This document shows positions 50,217 through 57,050 of a stretch of DNA of 57,050 nt, piece by piece. This DNA comes from Verrucomicrobia bacterium ADurb.Bin018. Its GTDB lineage: Bacteria > Verrucomicrobiota > Kiritimatiellia > CAIQIC01 > Lenti-01. Each line of letters begins with the position of its first letter. Position 1 is the first letter of the stretch. The translations under genes were made by a program, and so were the position numbers. The notes beneath the pieces were generated by a model. It made no database searches and had not been told where the DNA came from. It saw only the letters and a program-made list of their open reading frames with translations. The stretch lies in contig MWEZ01000002.1 of the NCBI GenBank assembly GCA_002071335.1, positions 1-57,050 on the forward strand, given 5' to 3'.

Positions 50217-52928
50217 ATGGCGAGCCAACGCATGACCAACTCCTACCGGCAGGACGCGGCCGCGGTGCTAGCGGCTCACGCGTCCACGCCGGCTGGCCTG
50301 ACGCCTGCCGAAGCCGGCGCGCGCCTGGCTGCCGACGGTCCCAATGAATTACGCGAGACCGTGTCGCGCCCCGCCTGGCGAATGCTGCTGGCGCAGTTCA
50401 TCGAGCCCATGATCCTGATTTTGCTGGCCGCGGCAGGCTTCGCATTTGTCCTCGGCAATGTCACTGAGGGGCTGGCCATTTTGGCCATCGTGGTGCTGTT
50501 TGGTATTCTGGGTTTCATTCAGGAGTACCGTGCTGAAAAAGCCATCGCTGCGCTTAAGCGGCTGGCCTCGCCCACGGTGCGGGTGCGTCGCGACAACGTC
50601 TTGGTGGAAATCCCCGCGCGGGACTTGGTCCGCGGTGATATCGTCTATCTCGAAACCGGCAACACCGTGCCCGCCGACTTGCGGCTGCTGGAAGCCGTCA
50701 ACCTGCGCGTGATGGAAGCCGCGCTGACCGGCGAGGCCGCCGCCGTCCTCAAACAAACCGCCGCGCTGACCGCCGACCAACTACCGCTCGGCGACCGCAC
50801 CAATATGGCCTTCCTCGGCACTGTGGTGGTCAATGGCCGCGGCGCGGGGGTCGTGGTGGCCACCGGCATGAAAACGGAGCTGGGGCAAATTGCCGGCATG
50901 ATCCAAGGCATCGCGCATGCCCGCACTCCGCTCCAACGCAAGCTGGCCCAAGTGGGCAAGCAAATCAGCCTGCTGGGACTCGCTGCCGCGCTGGCGATTT
51001 TTTTGCTCGGCTTCTTCCGTCACGAAAAAATTGGCGAGTTGGTTTTGACTGCCGTCAGCCTGTTGGTGGCCGTGGTGCCGGAAGGATTGCCGGCCGTGAT
51101 TACCGCCACGTTGGCCCTGGGCAGCCGGCGAATGCTCAAACGCCATGCCTTGATCCGCCGCCTGCCGGCGGTGGAAACACTCGGCGCCGTCACGGTGATT
51201 TGTACCGACAAAACCGGCACGTTGACCGAGAACCGCATGACGGTCACGCACCTGCACACGTTGCATGGAACCATGCGCCTCGACACCGCCGCCCTCCCCG
51301 CCGCCTCTCGTGCGGACAATGCCGAACTCCGCACGCTCCTGCTCACCGCCGCGCTTTGCAACGATGCGCATTTGGTTTTTGACGAGGCATCTTCTGCGCC
51401 ACGCGCGATGGGCGACCCCACCGAATCCGCGCTGCTGATTGCAGCCGAACAATTGGGCATTGCCACTGCCCGCCTGGCCGGCGATGCCCCGCGCGTCGCG
51501 GAGTATCCGTTTGATGCCGAGCGCAAGCGCATGACCACGCTGCACCGCAGCGGCGATCGCGGCCTTCCTTTTCCCGCGGTAATGGCCGCGCCCGTGCTGG
51601 CGGCCACCAAAGGCTCGCTCGATGGCCTGCTGGCCCGCGCCACGCACGTGGTGGACGCCGAGCGCGTCATTCCCTTGACGGATGAAATCCGGCAGCAGTT
51701 TCTCGCGCACCATGAGCGCTTGGCGCGCGAGGGCATCCGGCTGCTGGGTGTGGCCTTTCGCCGCTTCGACGCGCCGCCGGCGCCGGACACTCCTGCCGAT
51801 GCCGTGGAAACGGATCTCGTGTTCTGCGGCCAAATCGGCATGATGGACCCGCCGCGCCGCGCCGTCTGCGCGGCGATTGCCTCCTGCCACGCCGCCGGCA
51901 TCCGCACCATCATGATCACCGGCGATCACCCGCTCACCGCCGTGGCCATCGCCCGCGGCTTGCACCTCGCTCCTGCCGGCCAAGATCCGCGCGTCATGGA
52001 TGGCACGCAACTGGCCGCATTGTCCGCCGAAGAACTACGCCAACAAGTGGTGGATGTTTCCGTTTTTGCGCGTGTTTCGCCCACGGATAAACTGCGCATT
52101 GTCACTGCCTTGCAGGAGCGCGGACACATTGTCGCCATGACCGGCGACGGCGTGAACGACTCCCCCGCTCTCAAGCGCGCCGAAATTGGCGTGGCCATGG
52201 GCATCACCGGTACCGATGTCGCCAAAGAAGCCGCCCAAATGGTACTGCTCGATGACAACTACTCCACGCTGGTTGCCGCGGTGGAAGAGGGCCGCGCCAT
52301 TTTCGACAACCTGCTGCGTTTTTTGAAATATTCGTTCAGCGGGAATCTCGGCAAGGTGCTGGTGATGTTAGCCGCGCCGCTCGCGGGCATTGGCGTGATG
52401 GCGCTGCGCCCACTGCATTTGCTGTGGCTCAATCTGCTCACGGATGGCTTGATGGGTCTCGGCCTCGGCCTTGAACCGGCGGAGGCGGATGTGATGTCGC
52501 GCCCGCCCCGTCGTCCCGATGCGCGGATTCTCAACCGGCCCGCGCTGGCACACATCGGGCGAATGGGCCTGTTTATCTGCCTCGGCTCCCTGCTGCTGGC
52601 CGGGTTGTGGTATCGCAGCCCATGGGGCCATGGCGAATGGCAAACGGTGCTCTTCGCGGCCATCGGTTTCGCGCAAGTTGGGCAGGCGTGGGGCCTGCGC
52701 GCGCTGGCGCCACGCCCCTTCCGTTTCGGGCGCAACTCCGCGCTGACCGGCCTGACCGCGCTGACGCTACTTTTGCAACTGGGCGCGATGTATATCCCCG
52801 CCCTCGCGCGCGTGTTCAACTTGCAACCGTTATCCGGTGCCGGTTTGGCGGCCACCATCGCGCTGGGCGTGGTGACGTTTGTGCTCGTGCACGGGGAGCG
52901 CCGCCTCTGCCTGCGGCGCGGGTGTTAG
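50217..52928 (+). CDS. cation-transporting P-type ATPase (type II, Ca2+/Mg2+-like)
   Basis: 903 aa with DKTGTLT, PEGLPAV, TGDGVNDSPALK and 10 predicted TM-like segments. Substrate not assignable from sequence alone. Confidence 0.9.
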   Translation: MASQRMTNSYRQDAAAVLAAHASTPAGLTPAEAGARLAADGPNELRETVSRPAWRMLLAQFIEPMILILLAAAGFAFVLGNVTEGLAILAIVVLFGILGFIQEYRAEKAIAALKRLASPTVRVRRDNVLVEIPARDLVRGDIVYLETGNTVPADLRLLEAVNLRVMEAALTGEAAAVLKQTAALTADQLPLGDRTNMAFLGTVVVNGRGAGVVVATGMKTELGQIAGMIQGIAHARTPLQRKLAQVGKQISLLGLAAALAIFLLGFFRHEKIGELVLTAVSLLVAVVPEGLPAVITATLALGSRRMLKRHALIRRLPAVETLGAVTVICTDKTGTLTENRMTVTHLHTLHGTMRLDTAALPAASRADNAELRTLLLTAALCNDAHLVFDEASSAPRAMGDPTESALLIAAEQLGIATARLAGDAPRVAEYPFDAERKRMTTLHRSGDRGLPFPAVMAAPVLAATKGSLDGLLARATHVVDAERVIPLTDEIRQQFLAHHERLAREGIRLLGVAFRRFDAPPAPDTPADAVETDLVFCGQIGMMDPPRRAVCAAIASCHAAGIRTIMITGDHPLTAVAIARGLHLAPAGQDPRVMDGTQLAALSAEELRQQVVDVSVFARVSPTDKLRIVTALQERGHIVAMTGDGVNDSPALKRAEIGVAMGITGTDVAKEAAQMVLLDDNYSTLVAAVEEGRAIFDNLLRFLKYSFSGNLGKVLVMLAAPLAGIGVMALRPLHLLWLNLLTDGLMGLGLGLEPAEADVMSRPPRRPDARILNRPALAHIGRMGLFICLGSLLLAGLWYRSPWGHGEWQTVLFAAIGFAQVGQAWGLRALAPRPFRFGRNSALTGLTALTLLLQLGAMYIPALARVFNLQPLSGAGLAATIALGVVTFVLVHGERRLCLRRGC

Positions 52929-52947
52929 ACTCGGCCTCCACCAGCCG

Positions 52948-53766
52948 CTACGCCCACACCTGCCAGAAATGGTGCACCGGGCCATGGCCGTGGCCAATCG
53001 CATATTCCGCGCCGGCCTGGATGGCGCCAGTGATGTAGTCCTTGGCGCGGCGCACCGCGGTTTCCATGGGGTCGCCCTGCGCCAGCCGCGCCGCGATGGC
53101 GGATGACAACGTGCAACCCGTGCCGTGATTATTGCGCGTGGCGATGCGCGGACTGGCCAGCCAGTGGATTTGTCGCGACGCGCCGAGATACAGACAATCG
53201 GCGCTGTCGCCATCCACCAGATGGCCGCCCTTCACCAACACATTTTGGCAACCCAAGTCGGCCAGCGCGGTTGCGGCGCTGGCCATGGCTTCGCGCGTGG
53301 CAATCTCGCGGTCGAGCAGCACCGCAGCTTCCGGCAAGTTGGGCGTGATCAAGGCCGCCAGGGGAATTAGATGCTCCTTGAGTGCGGCCACGGCGTCATC
53401 GCGCAACAGCTTGTCGCCACTGGCGGCCACCATCACCGGGTCCAACACCACTTGGGCCACCCGATATTCCCGCAGCTTGCGCGCAATGGCCGCAATCAGC
53501 TCCGGCGAAAACAACATGCCGATTTTGACGGCATCCACCCCGATATCCGCCAGCACGGCATCTAGCTGCTGCGCGACAAACTCCGGCGGCACCGGATGGA
53601 TGCCGCTGACGCCCTGCGTGTTCTGTGCGGTCAGCGCGGTGATGACGCTCATGCCGTAGCAGCCATTGGCGGCAAAGGTTTTCAAGTCCGCTTGAATCCC
53701 CGCCCCCCCGCCGCTGTCGGAACCGGCAATGGTCAATACCCGGCAATACGTTTTGAGTGTGCTCAT
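52948..53766 (-). CDS. thiD: hydroxymethylpyrimidine/phosphomethylpyrimidine kinase
   Basis: VLTIAGSDSGGGAGIQADLKTF and the C-terminal GTGCTLSSAIAA motifs. ATGA overlap with the thiE stop. Confidence 0.93.
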   Translation of the reverse strand: MSTLKTYCRVLTIAGSDSGGGAGIQADLKTFAANGCYGMSVITALTAQNTQGVSGIHPVPPEFVAQQLDAVLADIGVDAVKIGMLFSPELIAAIARKLREYRVAQVVLDPVMVAASGDKLLRDDAVAALKEHLIPLAALITPNLPEAAVLLDREIATREAMASAATALADLGCQNVLVKGGHLVDGDSADCLYLGASRQIHWLASPRIATRNNHGTGCTLSSAIAARLAQGDPMETAVRRAKDYITGAIQAGAEYAIGHGHGPVHHFWQVWA

Positions 53767-54395
53767 GCTTGGGTCTCCTGAATGATGCGCCGTAAATCCG
53801 CTGCGGTCTGGCGCGGATTCTCCGCCGCCAAAATGGCCGACACCACCGCCAAACCATCGGCGCCGGCGCGCAACACCGCTGCAGCGTTGTCCGGGTGAAT
53901 GCCGCCTATGGCCACCAGCGGTGTTTGCACCGCCGCGCGAATGGCGCGCAAGCCCGCCAGCCCCAACGGCAGCGCGGTGTCCGTTTTAGTCGGTGTGGCA
54001 AACACTGGACTCACGCCGATGTAATCCGCCCCCCCACGCGCGGCCTGCTCGGCATCGGCCAGCGATTCCGCGGAAACGCCGACAATCCAGCCGCGCGGCG
54101 TCAACCGGCGGACATCGGCCAGCGGCATGTCCTGCTGGCCCACATGCACGCCGTCCGCGCCGGCTGCCAGCGCCACATCCACCCGGTCATTGATAATCAA
54201 CGGCACCCCCGCCGGCCGCAACACGGCCAACAGCGCGCGCGCTTCCGCCAACATCTCGCGGGTGCCCAATTGTTTTTCGCGCAACTGCACGCACGTGACG
54301 CCACCCGCGACCGCCTCGCGCACCAGCTCAACCAGCGGCCGCCCGCGCGCCAGCGCGCGGTCAGTCACCAGATATAGCGAGTAATCCGGCTTCAC
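53763..54395 (-). CDS. thiE: thiamine-phosphate synthase
   Basis: LYLVTD..., VQLREK, and GADYIGVSPVFATPTK motifs. The preferred start is GTG 54395, just after the thiM stop. The track ORF extends to 54572 and an upstream ATG is possible. Confidence 0.88.
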   Translation of the reverse strand: MKPDYSLYLVTDRALARGRPLVELVREAVAGGVTCVQLREKQLGTREMLAEARALLAVLRPAGVPLIINDRVDVALAAGADGVHVGQQDMPLADVRRLTPRGWIVGVSAESLADAEQAARGGADYIGVSPVFATPTKTDTALPLGLAGLRAIRAAVQTPLVAIGGIHPDNAAAVLRAGADGLAVVSAILAAENPRQTAADLRRIIQETQA

Positions 54396-54399
54396 CCGC

Positions 54400-55221
54400 T
54401 CATCCTTCCGTGAGGCGCGCGCCGTGTTCCATTTCTTCCGGCGTAAGTTCATGCAGGGCGTCCGTGAAGCGCACGGCAAAGGTGCCCGGCCCCGGCGCGC
54501 CATCTGCCGCATATTCGCCGGCCAAACCGAAGTAGGCCAGTGCCGTGGCCGTGGCGAGCAGCCGATCCTCATCCACCGCCGCGAAAGCCCCGATGACCGC
54601 CGTAGCCGCGCAGCCGGTGCCCGTCACGCAACCCATCAAGGGATGCCCGTTCGTCACCCGCACCACGCGCTGAGCATCCATGATGACATCCGTCGGGCCG
54701 GTAATCGCCACTACCGCGCCCGTGGCGCGCGCCAGCTCGCGACCGCCGGCCACCGCCGCTTCCACGCTGTCCGCCGCATCCACGCCGCGCGTCTGCGCCG
54801 CCGCACCGGCCAACGCCAAAATCTCGGAAGCGTTTCCGCGCACCACCGCCACCTTGGTTTCGGCCAGGATGCGTTGCGCCGTCGCCGTACGCAAGGGGGT
54901 GGCACCCGCGCCGACCGGATCGAGAACAATCGGGATACCCCGCCGCGCCGCCGCCTGCCCCGCGTGGAGCATCGCGGCAACCTGCGCGTCATCCAGCGTG
55001 CCGATGTTCAGCACCAGCGCCTTGGCCAGCGCGACCATGTCCGCCACTTCATTGGGCGCGTGGGCCATCACCGGCGCCGCGCCGGCCGCCAGCAAAACAT
55101 TCGCCACAAAATTGATGGTGACTTGGTTCGTGATGTTGTGCACCAGCGGCCGCGTGTCGCGCACCCGTTGCAAATTGGCTGCGGCCCGTGCCGCCAACGT
55201 GGTTGTCGTATTCATGTTCAT
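54400..55221 (-). CDS. thiM: hydroxyethylthiazole kinase
   Basis: NITNQVTINFVANVLLAAGAAPVMAH motif. The start ATG 55221 overlaps the upstream stop (ATGA). Confidence 0.9.
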   Translation of the reverse strand: MNMNTTTTLAARAAANLQRVRDTRPLVHNITNQVTINFVANVLLAAGAAPVMAHAPNEVADMVALAKALVLNIGTLDDAQVAAMLHAGQAAARRGIPIVLDPVGAGATPLRTATAQRILAETKVAVVRGNASEILALAGAAAQTRGVDAADSVEAAVAGGRELARATGAVVAITGPTDVIMDAQRVVRVTNGHPLMGCVTGTGCAATAVIGAFAAVDEDRLLATATALAYFGLAGEYAADGAPGPGTFAVRFTDALHELTPEEMEHGARLTEG

Positions 55222-56474
55222 CCTTTCTGTTTCCTGGCCAGCCCGCCATACAGCAGCGCCGCCGCGCCCAGCGCCGGCAGCGATGCGCCGCCGACAAACC
55301 CGCTGCGGGCACAAACCTGATAGATGGCGAACCCGACCGCCCATGCAAGCAAGGCCCGGGGATTCACTCCGCCCCGATACCAGTACCGCCCGCGCTGATA
55401 AAGGTCGGCCACCTCATAATGCGCGCGACGCAAAATAAAATAATCCGTCAGCACCACCCCGAACAACGGACAAAATGCGGAGCCGATCAGCAGCAAAAAG
55501 GTCTCATATTTCGTGGCGTCGAAAAATAGCGCCAAGAGGGTGCCGGCCAAGCCACCGAGCAACACCAAGCGCCGTGTGCCTAGCCGGGGGAACAAACTCT
55601 GCGCGGAGAGCGCGTTGGAATAGATGTCGAGAAATGTGGTCGTCAACGTGGAGAGCAGCACGATGGCCACGGCCGGCGCCAGCAGGCCGTGCCCGCCCAG
55701 CAACTGCAGCAGCATGGATTCCGGCGCCGCGGAGCCGGTGGCCAGCGTGGCCATCAACCCCACGGCAAACATCCATGAACTCACGAGAAAATAGCCCCAC
55801 CACGTACCGCGCAAACCGCGCCCGGGCACCGCGGCATGACGCGTGTAGTCCGCCACCAACGGCATCCAGGAAATCGGCATGGCGATCACCAAGTCCAACC
55901 CCAGCATGGGAGGCATGGTGCGCGGCGGGGACTGCGCCAAAAGCGGGCGCCACCCATACGCGCGCAGGGCCACCACGGTCATGACCACGGACAAGGCGAG
56001 GAGCAGCACCACCCCGATTTTTTGCAGCACGCGCCACATCCGGCTGCCGGCAAGAGCCCACGCGGTCGTCAACACCCCCAGTCCCCCGATCCACCACCGG
56101 GCGCTGCTCGCGCCGCCCAGCAGCCCCGCCGCCGCCTGCCCGCCAATCCAGAGCATGACGGAGGTCCAGCCCACCAGTTGCAGCACATTCAGCACGGCGG
56201 GCAACATGGCGCCCCGATTGCCCAGCGCGCCCCGCGTGCTGACCATGCTGGGTACGCCATGACGACTGCCGATCAGTCCGCCCAGCGCCATCGGCGTATT
56301 CCCCACCAAATGGCCGACCACAATAATCCCCAGCCCGGTCAACAACCCGAACGATGCCAGCAACCCGCCCGCCCAGATTTCAGACAGCGAAATCGCGGCA
56401 CCCGCCCACAAGAGAAAAAAATCCCATTCGCGCAGCGTGCGCTCGCTCGTAGGATTTGGCTCACCGGTTGACAT
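55218..56474 (-). CDS. cytX: NCS1-family permease, probable hydroxymethylpyrimidine transporter (CytX-like)
   Basis: About 418-aa, 12-TM permease, first gene behind a TPP riboswitch and ahead of thiM-thiE-thiD. The start was set at ATG 56474 (GGAGAAG upstream), because the track start 56564 lies inside the riboswitch platform. Confidence 0.6.
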   Translation of the reverse strand: MSTGEPNPTSERTLREWDFFLLWAGAAISLSEIWAGGLLASFGLLTGLGIIVVGHLVGNTPMALGGLIGSRHGVPSMVSTRGALGNRGAMLPAVLNVLQLVGWTSVMLWIGGQAAAGLLGGASSARWWIGGLGVLTTAWALAGSRMWRVLQKIGVVLLLALSVVMTVVALRAYGWRPLLAQSPPRTMPPMLGLDLVIAMPISWMPLVADYTRHAAVPGRGLRGTWWGYFLVSSWMFAVGLMATLATGSAAPESMLLQLLGGHGLLAPAVAIVLLSTLTTTFLDIYSNALSAQSLFPRLGTRRLVLLGGLAGTLLALFFDATKYETFLLLIGSAFCPLFGVVLTDYFILRRAHYEVADLYQRGRYWYRGGVNPRALLAWAVGFAIYQVCARSGFVGGASLPALGAAALLYGGLARKQKG

Positions 56475-56518
56475 TGCATCTTCTCCGATCCTGCCGCCGG
56501 GGAGCCTGCCGCGGCCAA

Positions 56519-56552
56519 CAAAAAACCGCGGTTCCATCGAAGAAACCACGGT
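56519..56552 (-). terminator. riboswitch expression-platform terminator
   Basis: The minus strand reads ACCGUGGUU-UCUUCGAUGG-AACCGCGGU followed by UUUUUUG. It lies between the TPP aptamer and the cytX start. Confidence 0.6.
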
Positions 56553-56564
56553 GCCGGTCCACAC

Positions 56565-56662
56565 GATCCGCTGTCCCTACGCTGGAATGATCCAACAGGT
56601 TCCAAGGGTTATCCGGCCAACCGGAACTCTCAGCCCTCTCCATCGAGGACACCCCTAGCGAC
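56565..56662 (-). promoter_or_regulatory. TPP (THI-box) riboswitch aptamer
   Basis: The minus strand reads CTAGGGGTGTCC...GGCTGAGAG...ACCCTTGGAACCTGTTGGATCATTCCAGCGTAGGGA. This contains the conserved CUGAGA and ACCCUU-GAACCUG-...-GCGUAGGGA elements. Confidence 0.9.
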
Positions 56663-56684
56663 CACATTTTTTAGTCAACGACAG

Positions 56685-56712
56685 ACCATACCACCCATGC
56701 CACCCGCGTCAA
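56685..56712 (-). promoter_or_regulatory. candidate promoter of the thi operon (TTGACG-16 nt-TATGGT)
   Basis: On the plus strand the -35 is at 56707-56712 and the -10 at 56685-56690. It lies ~25 nt upstream of the riboswitch and 10 bp from array 3. Confidence 0.45.
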
Positions 56713-56721
56713 GCCCGGCCC

Positions 56722-56930
56722 TTTTCCACACTGTGGAAAAAAGTTTATCCCACGCAGGCGGGATTTTCCACACCGTGGAAAAATCCACCGCCACGCGCCC
56801 ATTTTTTCCACACCGTGGAAAAAAGTTTTCCACGCTATGGAAAAACCAGGTCAAATTGTTCCACACAATGGAAAAACTTTCGGCGGATTTTCCACACAAT
56901 GGAAGAACTTTGCGGATATTTTTCCACAGA
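56722..56930. repeat. array 3 of the TTCCA-N5-TGGAA palindrome family (6 full units, 1 degenerate, 1 half-site)
   Basis: Cores at 56724-56738, 56766-56780, 56806-56820, 56828-56842, 56859-56873 and 56890-56904. A degenerate unit TTTATCCCACGCAGGCGGGATTTT lies at ~56745-56768 and a half-site TTTTTCCACAGA at ~56919-56930. Centre spacings are 42, 40, 22, 31 and 31 bp (and 32 to the half-site). Confidence 0.9.
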
Positions 56931-56951
56931 TAGGATGAGAAGGCAAAAGAG

Positions 56952-57025
56952 GATCGGTTTCCTTTGGGCGTTGATTTAAACACCTATCTCAAACGCACTC
57001 ATCAGGTGCAGAAAGGAAACCGATC
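56952..57025 (+). promoter_or_regulatory. 14-bp perfect inverted repeat whose 3' arm contains a Shine-Dalgarno-like AAAGGAAAC just before a GTG at 57026
   Basis: GATCGGTTTCCTTT (56952-65) pairs with AAAGGAAACCGATC (57012-25), with a 46-nt loop. An ORF (GTG AAG ATA CGT...) then runs off the window. Confidence 0.35.
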
Positions 57026-57050
57026 GTGAAGATACGTAACACAGTTGGAA

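Overview
This is a 57-kb high-GC chromosomal segment from a diderm bacterium, since it encodes lipid A/Kdo genes, a secretin and ExbBD. The lineage cannot be fixed from the window; a PVC/Verrucomicrobia-like organisation is only a guess. Core content, left to right: rhomboid-gpmI; yggU-hypD-dapA-dapB-folK-panB-panC (+); a long minus-strand operon TPR-TPR-exbB-exbD-exbD followed by two paralogous TonB-anchor::QW-repeat genes with a GT4 glycosyltransferase between them; an Fe-S aldo/keto reductase; a translationally coupled fabZ-lpxA-gspD-gspE-gspF-waaA block; a DUF2157/GDYXXLXY pair; the conserved tRNA-Thr-tuf-rpmG-tRNA-Trp-secE-nusG-rplKAJL-rpoBC cluster; an EEP-family protein; tRNA-Cys; a P-type ATPase; and a TPP-riboswitch-controlled cytX-thiM-thiE-thiD operon. 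Accessory, lower-GC patches are (1) a left-end islet with a Cys-rich protein, a secreted ORF and an IS30-family element flanked by a 14-bp direct repeat, (2) an mrr restriction gene killed by one in-frame TAA, and (3) an AbiEii/AbiEi cassette bracketed by 335-bp near-identical direct repeats. The two most unusual signals follow. (a) The position normally held by tonB after exbB-exbD-exbD is occupied, twice, by a protein with a TonB-like SxxxH membrane anchor and Pro-rich linker fused to squalene-cyclase-type QW repeats instead of a TonB C-terminal domain. (b) A family of palindromes (TTTTCCACA-N-TGTGGAAAA; each half equals a DnaA-box-like 9-mer) forms three intergenic arrays with centre-to-centre spacings quantised at about 2, 3 and 4 helical turns. 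Many long ORFs in the supplied track are antisense artefacts of high GC and were not called.
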